In this document: positions 37,527 through 46,555 of the stretch, piece after piece | How the letters are laid out: each line of letters begins with the position of its first letter | Numbering within the stretch: the stretch's first letter is position 1 | NCBI GenBank assembly: GCA_034370385.1 | Contig: JAXMKZ010000044.1 | Location: forward strand, 44,562-108,561 | Length of the DNA: 64,000 nucleotides | Source of the DNA: Coriobacteriia bacterium | Lineage (GTDB): Bacteria; Actinomycetota; Coriobacteriia; Anaerosomatales; PHET01 | Direction of reading: 5' to 3' | The notes under the pieces: generated by a model | Database searches by the model: none | What the model saw: only the letters and a program-made list of their open reading frames with translations | What the model was told of the DNA's origin: nothing | Translations under genes and position numbers: made by a program

Positions 37527-38084
37527 TTGCTCGAGGCACTGTTCGGCATCTGGCATCGCATCGCGGGCAAGGTGGGCGGGTTCACGAAGCCCGCTCGGCG
37601 CGCGTGGGCGCGAGCCTACTGGACGTCGCTTGTGAGGCTGCGCGCGGCCGAGGCGGGACCGGGCTTGCGCGTGAACGGTCGCACACAGATGCCGGGCCGC
37701 ACCGTGCGCATCGGCGCAAACTGCCACTTCAACGGCATGACCGTTCACGGCGATGGCGGCGTGACCTTCGGCGACAACTTTCACTCCGGGCGCGGCTGCA
37801 AGATCATCACCGTGAACCACCGCTGGGAGGGCGCGACCGCACTGCCGTACGACAGCGAGGTCGTGCGCAAACCCGTCACTATCGGCGAGAACGTGTGGTT
37901 CGGCGACGACGTCCTTGTGCTGCCCGGTGCCTCCATTGGCGAAGGCGCCATCATTGCTGCGGGTGCGGTGGTCGCAGGTCGCATCGAGCCGCTGACCGTG
38001 GCCGGCGGCAACCCGGCGCGCCCCATCAAGCAGCGCGACCCGAAGCACTACGAGCGGCTGAAGCTTGAGGGTAGGTACCACTAG
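37527..38084 (+). CDS. Left-handed beta-helix (hexapeptide-repeat) acetyltransferase
   Basis: 185 aa. Hexapeptide repeats ...IGENVWFGDDVLVLPGASIGEGAIIAAGAVVAG...GGNPARPI. Confidence 0.8.
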   Translation: MLEALFGIWHRIAGKVGGFTKPARRAWARAYWTSLVRLRAAEAGPGLRVNGRTQMPGRTVRIGANCHFNGMTVHGDGGVTFGDNFHSGRGCKIITVNHRWEGATALPYDSEVVRKPVTIGENVWFGDDVLVLPGASIGEGAIIAAGAVVAGRIEPLTVAGGNPARPIKQRDPKHYERLKLEGRYH

Positions 38085-38183
38085 CCCAGAGCAGCGGAGA
38101 AGGCGTCTCGGGAATCTACGGGGACTACGACGGAGACATCACCGTGGTAATCGAGCGAATGCTCAAGAAACGGGGGGACTTGG

Positions 38184-39824
38184 ATGGAATGGTCCGGATC
38201 TAAGACAATTCGAATCTGCGCAAGAGGCGTGCTGGCGGTGGCCATGCTGGCCACGGCTTCGATTGCGACGTCGCCTGAGACGGCCGAAGCAGCCTTCCTG
38301 ATGCGGGGCAAGGTTCCAGCCGGCATCGCTGTGAACGAGGTGACGAACAAGACCTATGTGGCGTACCCCTCGTCGAACTCTGTTGCGATCATCGACGGTG
38401 TGACCAACTCAGTGACGTCTATCGGTGTCGGATTGCGTCCTACCGCTGTCGCTGTTGACACTCGCGCGAACCGGATCTTCGTTGCGAACTACGGCTCGGG
38501 CACCCTGAGCATCATCGATGGCACAACGTACTACGTACGAACGGTTCCCGTCGGAGACTCTCCGACGGGGGTGACGGTCAACGAGGCAACAGGGGTGGCC
38601 TACGTCAGTCACAGCGAGGAGGACGACAGCAGGCATGCGATAAGCGCAGTCAGTGGAGCGACGGGTGCGGTTCAGACCATGAGCTTCAGGGGATTGTCGT
38701 ACCTCGCCCCGGTTGTGAACGAACTTACGGGTCGATTGTATGCCTTGTCCAGTGAGTACTCCGATGAAGGTGGAACGCGCAACTTCCTGGAGGTCATCGA
38801 CTGCAGCAGTAATCAAGTCGTCGCCCGCGTCGCGCTTCCGTCCGCGAGCTATCCGGCCGCCATCGCGGTAGACACGAGGGCGAGACAAGTCTATGTGCTG
38901 GTCTTGGACTCGGGCCTTTCTGTTGTCGACGAGAGCACGCTCGGCGCGCTGACAATCGAACTGCCGGTAGCCGCTTCCGAGGCTCAGTACTTCGTTGCGG
39001 CGAACGAGCGCACCGCCCGCGTCTACGTCACGACCATGGGTGATTTCGCGACCCCAGATGATGGCTTCGGCGTCTATGAGTTGGATGGATCGACGCTCCG
39101 GGTCTTGCGTCGATTCGCCTCGGAACCCCTCACGGGACTCGCCGTGGATGAGGGCAGGAACATCGTCCTGATGACAACCACCAACGGAACGCTGCGCGTC
39201 TATGACACGGTAACGGGGGCGACCAGAACCAGCTCGATGCCGTCGTACAAATGGACTCCGGCGGGGGTTCGCGTGAACGAGCGCCTCGGACTCGCCTACG
39301 CCAGCATCGGCTACAACTACGCATATGATTCCGGCGGCGAGGGCTACGTCCCGTCTTGGCGCGAGAGCGTCTTCGTCACTCCCGTCGACTCGATGCTCAA
39401 CCGAATCGAGCTATCCCTTCCGCTCGCGACCAAGCAGACTCTCACGATCCTAGGCGGCTCGGGCTCTGCGATATGGAGCAGCGCGAATCCCGCCATCGCA
39501 TCCGTGAACTCCGATGGCGTCGTGACCGGGCGCAAGGCTGGTTGGACTGAGATCAAGGCGGTCCGAGGAGGAGCATCGATGACCTCCCAAGTGGTTGTGA
39601 CGAATCCGCGATTGAGTAGGACGAAGACGTCGCTTCGGCGCGGTGCGCGCCAGACCCTGAAGGTCACTGGCGGATCGGGTGTGATTCGGTGGTCCAGTAC
39701 GAATCGTGCCGTAGCCACGGTCGGCAGCACCGGCGTCGTGACCGGGCGCGGACGGGGGACGGCGACGATCGTCGCCGTCCGCAACGGAGTTCGCATGACC
39801 TGCAAGGTCACCGTCACCAACTGA
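38184..39824 (+). CDS. Secreted YVTN-type beta-propeller repeat protein with two C-terminal Big_2 (bacterial Ig-like) domains
   Basis: 546 aa with a signal peptide. Repeated ...P.G(I/V)AV(N/D)..T(N/G).(V/I)YV(A/S)N... units. Two homologous ~80-aa Ig-like modules (LTILGGSGSAIWSSANPAIASVNSDGVVTGRKAG... / LKVTGGSGVIRWSSTNRAVATVGSTGVVTGRGRG...). Confidence 0.8.
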   Translation: MEWSGSKTIRICARGVLAVAMLATASIATSPETAEAAFLMRGKVPAGIAVNEVTNKTYVAYPSSNSVAIIDGVTNSVTSIGVGLRPTAVAVDTRANRIFVANYGSGTLSIIDGTTYYVRTVPVGDSPTGVTVNEATGVAYVSHSEEDDSRHAISAVSGATGAVQTMSFRGLSYLAPVVNELTGRLYALSSEYSDEGGTRNFLEVIDCSSNQVVARVALPSASYPAAIAVDTRARQVYVLVLDSGLSVVDESTLGALTIELPVAASEAQYFVAANERTARVYVTTMGDFATPDDGFGVYELDGSTLRVLRRFASEPLTGLAVDEGRNIVLMTTTNGTLRVYDTVTGATRTSSMPSYKWTPAGVRVNERLGLAYASIGYNYAYDSGGEGYVPSWRESVFVTPVDSMLNRIELSLPLATKQTLTILGGSGSAIWSSANPAIASVNSDGVVTGRKAGWTEIKAVRGGASMTSQVVVTNPRLSRTKTSLRRGARQTLKVTGGSGVIRWSSTNRAVATVGSTGVVTGRGRGTATIVAVRNGVRMTCKVTVTN

Positions 39825-39886
39825 CTCATCACGCGAGGGATTCCCGGTGGACGCGGGTGCCGGTCACACGCGGCGCCCTTCGACGC

Positions 39887-39895
39887 TGCTATACT
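39887..39895 (+). promoter_or_regulatory. Extended -10 promoter candidate for ahcY (TGC-TATACT)
   Basis: TGCTATACT lies 62 nt upstream of ATG 39957 in an intergenic region. Confidence 0.4.
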
Positions 39896-39956
39896 CTCTC
39901 GGCTGTGAATGACCGGGGCGGCGCAACGACGCGCGCGCCACGTATCGAAGGGAATC

Positions 39957-41219
39957 ATGATGGATCACCACGTAAAGGACCTCTCGCTCGCCGATGCCGG
40001 CAAGGCGCGCATCGAGTGGGCGGATGCCGACATGCCCGTTCTGGCCAGCATCCGCGACCGCTTCGAGACCGAGAAGCCGCTCGACGGCATCCGCATCAGC
40101 GCGTGTCTGCACGTCACCACCGAGACCGCGAACCTGATGCGCACGCTGGCCGCCGGCGGCGCTGACATCGTGCTGTGCGCGAGCAACCCGCTCTCGACCC
40201 AGGACGACGTGGCCGCGGCGCTCGTGCAGCACTACGGCATCCGCACCTACGCCATCAAGGGCGAGGATACCGAGAGCTACTACGCGCACATCGACGCCGC
40301 CATCGAGCACAACCCGCAGATGACGATGGACGACGGCGCGGACGTCGTCGGCCGCATCCACGCCGAGTTCCCCGAGAAGCTCGAGCACATCATCGGCGGT
40401 ACCGAGGAGACCACGACCGGCGTGATCCGCCTGGCCGCCATGGCCGAGGACGGCGCGCTGAAGTACCCCATCGTCGCGGTCAACGAGGCCATGACGAAGC
40501 ACCTCTTCGATAACCGCTACGGTACCGGCCAGTCCACGCTCGACGGCATCATCCGCGCCACGAACCGGCTGCTCGCCGGCCGCACGCTCGTCGTGTCCGG
40601 CTACGGCTGGTGTGGCCGCGGCATCGCGATGCGTGCGAGCGGCATGGGCTCCAACGTAGTCGTCTGTGAGATCGATCCGCTCAAGGCGCTCGAGGCTGTC
40701 ATGGACGGCTACCGCGTGATGCCCGCCGTCGAGGCCGCCAAGATCTGCGATGTGTGGGTCACGGTCACCGGCGACATCAACGTCATCGACGTCGCGATGT
40801 TCGACGTGATGAAGGACGGCGCGATCATCTGCAACTCGGGCCACTTCAACGCCGAGATCAACATCCCCAAGCTGCGTGAGATGGCCGTCTCGAACCGCGA
40901 GGTTCGTCCGTTGGTCGAGGAGTTCGTGATGGAGAGCGGGCGTAAGATCTTCCTGCTCGCCGACGGCCGCTTGGTCAACCTGGCGTGCGCCGAGGGTCAC
41001 CCTGCCAATGTGATGGACATGAGCTTCGCGAACCAGGCCCTGTGCGCCGAGTACATGGCTGCCGCGGCCGCCGAGCTCGAGCCGGGCGTCTATGACGTGC
41101 CCGAGGAGATCGATCAGATGATCGCCGCGCTCAAGCTCGCGTCGATGGGCGTGCACATCGACGTGCTGACCGAGGAGCAGGAGAAGTACCTGTGCTCTTG
41201 GGAAGAGGGCACCTGCTAG
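39957..41219 (+). CDS. ahcY: Adenosylhomocysteinase
   Basis: Frame of ORF 39909-41219. [59 protein letters not shown] (NAD site), GHFNAEI, and C-terminal ...[14 protein letters not shown]. Confidence 0.96.
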   Translation: MMDHHVKDLSLADAGKARIEWADADMPVLASIRDRFETEKPLDGIRISACLHVTTETANLMRTLAAGGADIVLCASNPLSTQDDVAAALVQHYGIRTYAIKGEDTESYYAHIDAAIEHNPQMTMDDGADVVGRIHAEFPEKLEHIIGGTEETTTGVIRLAAMAEDGALKYPIVAVNEAMTKHLFDNRYGTGQSTLDGIIRATNRLLAGRTLVVSGYGWCGRGIAMRASGMGSNVVVCEIDPLKALEAVMDGYRVMPAVEAAKICDVWVTVTGDINVIDVAMFDVMKDGAIICNSGHFNAEINIPKLREMAVSNREVRPLVEEFVMESGRKIFLLADGRLVNLACAEGHPANVMDMSFANQALCAEYMAAAAAELEPGVYDVPEEIDQMIAALKLASMGVHIDVLTEEQEKYLCSWEEGTC

Positions 41220-41367
41220 AAGGTTCGATTCCGCGCATATACTGAGTAATCGAGCGCCTTTGGCATACCCGCCCGGGGCGCTCGTTCGTACGCCCGCGGG
41301 CTCGCCCTCTTTGCATTCGCTGCTATCCTATTCGCCGTCACGCACGCGACACGCCAAGGAGAATCGC

Positions 41368-42627
41368 ATGGCCATCAACGACATCCCGAAGACCATCTGG
41401 TGGGGCGAGGACGAGACATCAGGCCGCCCGGTCGTCTATCTCATCGACCAGACGCGGCTGCCGCTGCAAGGTGACGTGCTGGCCTGCAATACCTACGACG
41501 GAGTGATCGTGGCCATCAAGTCGCTCGCAGTACGCGGCGCACCCGCGCTGGGCGTCGCAGCGGCACTGGCCGTCGGGCTGTGGAGCGAGACAGAGGGCGT
41601 TCAGTACGACGATCCCAACGAGTACCTCGATCGTCTCGTCGAGGTCGTGGATGAGATAACCGCTGCCCGTCCGACCGCCGTCAACCTACGCTGGGGCGCA
41701 GAGCGCATGCGCGTCTTCGCGTTCAAGAACGGTGACAAGCCGCTCGAGGATCTGCGCGAACTGATCGTGCAAGAGGCCGCGAGCATGGTTGACGAGGACG
41801 AGGCCCGCAACCGCATTCTGGGGGACTTCGGCGCGGCGCTTCTCCCCGAGAAGGCGAAGATACTCACGCACTGCAACGCCGGATCGCTCGCCACGGCGTA
41901 CTTCGGTACCGCGCTTGGCGTCGTGTTCGCCGCGCACGAGCAGGGCAAGATCGAGCACGTGTGGGTCGACGAGACGCGTCCCGTCAACCAGGGCGGACGC
42001 CTGACTGCATGGGAGCTCATGGTGGCCGGCGTGCCGAGCGCGCTTATCACCGACAGCATGGCAGCGGCGGTGATGAAGAACGGGTGGGTCGACGCGGTCA
42101 TCGTGGGCGCCGATCGCATCTGCGCCAACGGCGACACGGCGAACAAGATCGGCACCTACGGACTCGCCGTGCTTGCCAAGGCCCACGACATCCCGTTCTA
42201 CGTCGCGGCTCCCTCCTCGACGGTTGACCTCACCCTGTCGGACGGTTCGCAGATCGTGATCGAGGAACGTGACCCGCGCGAGGTCGAAGGAGTCACGGTC
42301 TCGGGCGTCTTCGATCCGGACAGCAAAGACGCGTCACGGGCATTCGACCTGCTCACGAAGGAAGGCGCGTACCAGGTACCGCTGCAGAAGGGGCATCAGA
42401 TGCTCCTGGAGCGCAAGGGCGGAGGATACAGCTTCGATGCATGGTTCAAGACGACGCCTCCGGGGGTCGAGATCTACAACCCCGCGTTCGACGTGACACC
42501 CGGCGAGTACATCACCGCCTTCATCACCGAGCGTGGCGTGATCCGTCCGGAACCTGACTATGAGATGGCGCTCGCCGTGCACTGTATTGGCTCGGGTTGC
42601 CTGCACGAACTCGATCTCGAGCGCTAG
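41368..42627 (+). CDS. mtnA: S-methyl-5-thioribose-1-phosphate isomerase (eIF-2B alpha/beta/delta-like family)
   Basis: Frame of ORF 41260-42627. ATG 41368 follows AAGGAGAA. RGAPALGVAAALA, TRPTAVNLRW, HCNAGSLATAYFGTALGV, GADRICANGDTANKIGTY, NPAFDVTP. About 60-70 aa longer than the typical MtnA I recall. Confidence 0.88.
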   Translation: MAINDIPKTIWWGEDETSGRPVVYLIDQTRLPLQGDVLACNTYDGVIVAIKSLAVRGAPALGVAAALAVGLWSETEGVQYDDPNEYLDRLVEVVDEITAARPTAVNLRWGAERMRVFAFKNGDKPLEDLRELIVQEAASMVDEDEARNRILGDFGAALLPEKAKILTHCNAGSLATAYFGTALGVVFAAHEQGKIEHVWVDETRPVNQGGRLTAWELMVAGVPSALITDSMAAAVMKNGWVDAVIVGADRICANGDTANKIGTYGLAVLAKAHDIPFYVAAPSSTVDLTLSDGSQIVIEERDPREVEGVTVSGVFDPDSKDASRAFDLLTKEGAYQVPLQKGHQMLLERKGGGYSFDAWFKTTPPGVEIYNPAFDVTPGEYITAFITERGVIRPEPDYEMALAVHCIGSGCLHELDLER

Positions 42628-42636
42628 GGACCGCTG

Positions 42637-43545
42637 GTGCAGCCGAGCGTCCTTACGTCGACGATCCTCACGTTTGCCGCGATCGTCGGGGTCGGGGCGC
42701 TTCTGAGGGCATTTCGAGTTCTGCGCGCCGAGGATGCCAAGACGCTCAACGCGGTTATCGTCTACGTGGGTCTTCCGGTGTTCATCTTCCAGGCCGTCCG
42801 TGGCGCTGAGCTCGGCGGCGATGTCTGGCGGGTGGTCGCCGTGGCCTGGATCGCGTTCGCTGCGGCGTTCGGTATCGCCTGGGTGCTCTCGCGCGTGCGC
42901 GCCCACGATCCGCAGCGCAGGGGAGCATTTCTCCTCGCTGCCGCCTTCGGCAACACGGGGTTCATCGGCTACCCGGTGGCGGCAGCGGTTCTCGGCGCCG
43001 CCGCTGTCCCGATGGCGGTGTTCTCCGACGTGTTCGGGACGGTGTTCGCCCTGGTCCTGATCGGGCTGCCTGTCGCGGCCCGGCTCGGCGGCGGGAACAC
43101 GCGAGTCAACCTGGTTCGCGAGCTTCTCACCTTCCCGGCGGTGATCGCTCTTGCGGCGGGGCTGATCGCGCGGCCCCTGCCGATTCCGAGCGCGGTAAGT
43201 TCCGGGTTGGACCTGCTCGCTAATCTCGTGGCGCCACTCATCATGCTGTCCGTGGGGCTCGCTCTCAAACCCCGCTCGCTCGTGCGCGGTGCCGTCGACG
43301 TCGGGCTGGTCTCCGTGGTGCGGCTGGCGCTGGCACCGATGATCGCGCTGCTCGTCGGTGATGTGATGCTGAGTGGTCAGGCACTGCAGGTTGCGACATT
43401 GCAGGCGGGCATGCCGACGATGATGCTCACCCTCGTGGTGGGTGAGCGCTTCGGGCTCGACTCGGACTTCATCGCCTCGGCGATCTTCACGACGACCGTG
43501 CTGTCGGCGGTGACCATCCCGCTGATTCAGGCGGTAGTCGGCTAA
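42637..43545 (+). CDS. AEC (auxin efflux carrier) family transporter
   Basis: 302 aa, about 9-10 TM. ...AAFGNTGFIGYPVA... motif typical of the family. Confidence 0.75.
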   Translation: MQPSVLTSTILTFAAIVGVGALLRAFRVLRAEDAKTLNAVIVYVGLPVFIFQAVRGAELGGDVWRVVAVAWIAFAAAFGIAWVLSRVRAHDPQRRGAFLLAAAFGNTGFIGYPVAAAVLGAAAVPMAVFSDVFGTVFALVLIGLPVAARLGGGNTRVNLVRELLTFPAVIALAAGLIARPLPIPSAVSSGLDLLANLVAPLIMLSVGLALKPRSLVRGAVDVGLVSVVRLALAPMIALLVGDVMLSGQALQVATLQAGMPTMMLTLVVGERFGLDSDFIASAIFTTTVLSAVTIPLIQAVVG

Positions 43546-43580
43546 CCTCGCCCGCGCGTCGCTGAACGAAGGGCGGCGCC

Positions 43581-44264
43581 TTGCCATTTCTACACGGAGT
43601 AGCCGAGTTGTTCGCGCCGACCCGGTGTGCCGGGTGCGAGATGCCCGGAGCGCTGTTGTGCGAGGCCTGCGACGCTTCGCTGCCGCGCGTGGAGCCTACC
43701 TATGCCTGCCCGCGGTGTGGCGCCCCCTTCGGGTTTCTCGTGTGCACTGAATGCTGGCGAAGCGAGTTCGCATTCGAGGCGTGCGTGTCGCTGGGCGTGC
43801 TTGACGGAGCACTGGCTCGGAGCGTCGTCATCCACAAGGACGCGAGCGAGCGGCGTCTTGGCGCGGTGCTCGGCCGGATGCTCGCCCACGTTGCTCTCCG
43901 CGCGTGGCCGCAGTGGCCGGATGTGGTCACCTGGGTTCCGGCCACGGCTGCTGCGATGAGGCGACGCGGCTTTGACCACGGGTGGGGGATCGCCGCTCCG
44001 GTCGCCGAGGAGTTCGGGCTTGAGCCGCGAGCGATCCTGACCAGGGGGCGAGCCCGTGACCAGCGTGTGCTGGACAAGGCCGATCGGGCCAGCAACGCCG
44101 CCGGGACGTTCGCCGTAGCGAACGCGGAGCTGCCCGTCGGAGCGCGCGTGCTGATCGTCGACGATGTGTTGACGACGGGCGCCACGCTTGACGCCGCTGC
44201 CGAGGCGATCCTGTCGGCGGGTGCCGGGGCGGTCCGAGCGGCGGTGCTGGCCCGGGCGTGGTGA
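43581..44264 (+). CDS. comF: ComF family phosphoribosyltransferase-domain protein
   Basis: 227 aa. N-terminal Cys-pairs (CAGCEMPG..CEAC...CPRCGAPFGFLVCTEC) and a PRTase loop VLIVDDVLTTGATL. Confidence 0.85.
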   Translation: MPFLHGVAELFAPTRCAGCEMPGALLCEACDASLPRVEPTYACPRCGAPFGFLVCTECWRSEFAFEACVSLGVLDGALARSVVIHKDASERRLGAVLGRMLAHVALRAWPQWPDVVTWVPATAAAMRRRGFDHGWGIAAPVAEEFGLEPRAILTRGRARDQRVLDKADRASNAAGTFAVANAELPVGARVLIVDDVLTTGATLDAAAEAILSAGAGAVRAAVLARAW

Positions 44265-44292
44265 GGCGCTGTGCCGTGCGCGATGTCCGGCG

Positions 44293-44301
44293 TGCTAGAA
44301 T
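44293..44301 (+). promoter_or_regulatory. Extended -10 promoter candidate (TGC-TAGAAT) for the ABC transporter operon, implying a ~280-nt leader
   Basis: GTGCTAGAATC at 44292-44302. The identical 11-mer recurs at 57089-57099 upstream of secA. TAGAAT fits the actinobacterial TAGRRT -10 consensus. Confidence 0.4.
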
Positions 44302-44578
44302 CGCACTCGCTTCCGCCCGGGTCTGTGGTTGCGGGTGCGCAAGCACCCTAGTCCATGGTAGACGCGGCCCAAAGGACCCACGTAAGCCGGCGCCTTCGTG
44401 GCGTCGCGCGAGCATGGCGCGTCTTAGGGGTAAGTCGTACCGTTCGGTCCGGCCATCCAGGCTGGCGGGCGAGAGGGTCACTAGTGAGATTGCATCAAGC
44501 GAACGCCCCGGTATGCGAGTGTGGGGTCAAAGACCAGGTCAGCCGGGCGGAAGCACTCCGGAGACACAAGGGGGCGGC

Positions 44579-45421
44579 ATGAGACGGCTCGTACCTGTAC
44601 TCGCGGTCATGATGCTCGCAGGCGCCCTGCTCGTTGCCGGGTGCGCGAAGCCCAGCGAGCCCGAGCCGACGCCGATGGTGGCACCTCCCGCGATCATCAC
44701 CGCGGGCACGCTCACCGCCGGTATCGATCTCTCCACTCCGCCCTTCGGGGGCGTCGATGCCGGGCGCGAGGCGGGGCTTGATGTGGATGTGGCGGCGGCG
44801 CTCGCCGACAAGCTCGGTCTGACCCTTACCGTCGTGGACGTGAAGCCGTCAGATGCGGCGACGGCTCTCGCCGATGGCTCCGTCGACGTGGTGCTGTCCG
44901 TGCCACTTGACGGTCCGCAGCTTTCCTCGCTGGCGCTCTCCGGCACGTATGCGACCAACGGGCCTGCCTTCTTCGTCTCGACGGGCTCCACGCAATCCGT
45001 GGAGCCCTCACTCACGCTCGACACCCTTGACGTTGAGCTCATCGGCGCTCAGCAGGACAGCCTTGCGTATTGGACGCTCATAAACGAGCTCGGCGAGGAG
45101 GCTGTCGAGTCCTACGGCACGCTGCGCGAGGCACTCGAAGCGCTTGATCGCGACGAGATCGAACTCGTGGCAGGAGACGCGTTCGTTGCGGCCTACATCG
45201 CGCGGGATCTGCCCACCGTGCACTACGCCGGACAGCTCAGAGACTCCTCACCGCTCTCTGTTGCGACGGGTTCCGAGGCGACGGCACTTGGTGATGCGGT
45301 TCGCGAGGCACTGGACGTGTTGGCTGCTGATGGTGTGCTCGACACGCTGCGGCGCAAGTGGGTGGGGGAGCTTCCCGAGCTGTCGCTGCCGGCATCCGAG
45401 GCATCCACCTCCGCGCCCTAG
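44579..45421 (+). CDS. Polar amino-acid ABC transporter substrate-binding lipoprotein (family 3 SBP)
   Basis: Frame of ORF 44258-45421. ATG 44579 follows AAGGGGG. Lipobox LLVAGC. SBP_bac_3-like ...LTAGIDLSTPPFGG.... Confidence 0.8.
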   Translation: MRRLVPVLAVMMLAGALLVAGCAKPSEPEPTPMVAPPAIITAGTLTAGIDLSTPPFGGVDAGREAGLDVDVAAALADKLGLTLTVVDVKPSDAATALADGSVDVVLSVPLDGPQLSSLALSGTYATNGPAFFVSTGSTQSVEPSLTLDTLDVELIGAQQDSLAYWTLINELGEEAVESYGTLREALEALDRDEIELVAGDAFVAAYIARDLPTVHYAGQLRDSSPLSVATGSEATALGDAVREALDVLAADGVLDTLRRKWVGELPELSLPASEASTSAP

Positions 45422-45615
45422 GACGCTCGTTTCGTATACAGCCGATGCGTCCGCCTGCATGAATCAGCGACGTGAATGCATACCATTACTGCCCGTTTGC
45501 ATACGCTGGAACAGGCTCGCGGGCGTGCAGAAGAGGTGTATGATTATGCACTGTGATTCGCAAGCGCCGCCGATGGTTGTGGCGCGAGGGGACAGACAAC
45601 CGTGAACGAGGAGGA

Positions 45616-46461
45616 ATGATGTTGAAGAGTCGTAAACTGCTCTCGCTTCTGCTCGCACTGATGCTTGCGCTTGGCCTGATGGGCCTTGCCGGGTGTGGTG
45701 CCGAGGAGCCCGCTGAGGAGCCCGCCGCCGAGCCCGCCGCCGAGGCACCTGCCTTCACCACGATCACCGAGGGCAAGATCATCGTCGGTTCCGATACGGC
45801 CTACCCGCCGTTTGAGAACGTCGTCAATGGCGTGACCGAGGGTTTCGACGTTGACATGATGAATGCCGTCGGCGAGAGGCTGGGCGTCGGGGTCGAGTTC
45901 AAGACCTACAAGTTCGATGCGCTCATCGCCGGCATGCAGGCCGGAACCGAGTTCGACATGATCGCATCCGCTATGACGATCACGGACGAGCGCAAGGAAG
46001 CCATCGACTTCTCGGATCCCTACATCAACTCGAACCAGTCGCTCGCCGTTGCCGCCGATTCAGCGGTCATGACCGTGGACGATCTGAAGAGCGGTGACCG
46101 GGTCGGCGTGCAGTCCGGAACCACCGGCGAGAAGTGGGCCACCGACAATCTCGCCCCCAAGGGTATCGTCGTGACCCCGTACGATGACATTCTCGCCGCG
46201 TTCAACGCGCTGTCCGCTGGCGACATCGTCGGCGTCATCAACGACGCGCCGATCTCACAGGATGTCGTCAAGGACGAGGCCCGCAAGGCCAAGGTCGTCG
46301 CCGAGATTCCGACCGGCGAGCAGTACGGCTTCGCGTTCAACAAGGACAACGTCGCCCTGCGTGACGCTGTCAACGGCGCCCTTGCTGAGATCAAGACCGA
46401 CGGCACGTACGTCGAGATCTACAAGAAGTGGTTCGGCGCTGAGCCGCTGTCCATCCCCTAG
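45616..46461 (+). CDS. Polar amino-acid ABC transporter substrate-binding lipoprotein (family 3 SBP), second copy
   Basis: Frame of ORF 45553-46461. ATG 45616 follows GAGGAGGA. Lipobox GLAGCG. IIVGSDTAYPPFE...FDVDMMNAV...FDMIASAMTITDERKEAIDFSDPY. Confidence 0.88.
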   Translation: MMLKSRKLLSLLLALMLALGLMGLAGCGAEEPAEEPAAEPAAEAPAFTTITEGKIIVGSDTAYPPFENVVNGVTEGFDVDMMNAVGERLGVGVEFKTYKFDALIAGMQAGTEFDMIASAMTITDERKEAIDFSDPYINSNQSLAVAADSAVMTVDDLKSGDRVGVQSGTTGEKWATDNLAPKGIVVTPYDDILAAFNALSAGDIVGVINDAPISQDVVKDEARKAKVVAEIPTGEQYGFAFNKDNVALRDAVNGALAEIKTDGTYVEIYKKWFGAEPLSIP

Positions 46462-46555
46462 GGACTACGGACGCCTAGACACTAGATGAGGGCCGGCGGC
46501 CACGGTCGTCGGCCCTCTCTTCTCCACCCGATAGTCGCTGCAAGGAGCACATGGC

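Noticed and set aside
41251-41284. Hairpin CGAGCGCC...GGCGCTCG in the 148-nt ahcY-mtnA spacer, considered as a SAM-type riboswitch
   Set aside because: No SAM-I/II/IV core sequences were recognised. It is most simply a terminator-like hairpin after ahcY, with an 18-nt loop and a weak T-tract.
44302-44578. ydaO (c-di-AMP), T-box, guanidine-I and ZTP riboswitch assignments for the ABC operon leader
   Set aside because: Short similarities exist (GGACCCACGTAAGC, AGGGGTAAGTC, GTCGTACCG, GGTCCGG). They are in the wrong order or lack key residues, for example the UGG of the T-box bulge. The assignments are not supportable without a covariance-model search.
44480-44580. SRP (4.5S) RNA-like string CCAGGTCAGCCGGGCGGAAGCAC
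   Set aside because: It resembles CCAGGUCAGGUCCGGAAGGAAGCAGCC only superficially. There is no GNRA tetraloop closed by a proper helix 8. The element sits at the RBS of the ABC transporter gene with no 3' strand to complete helix 5.
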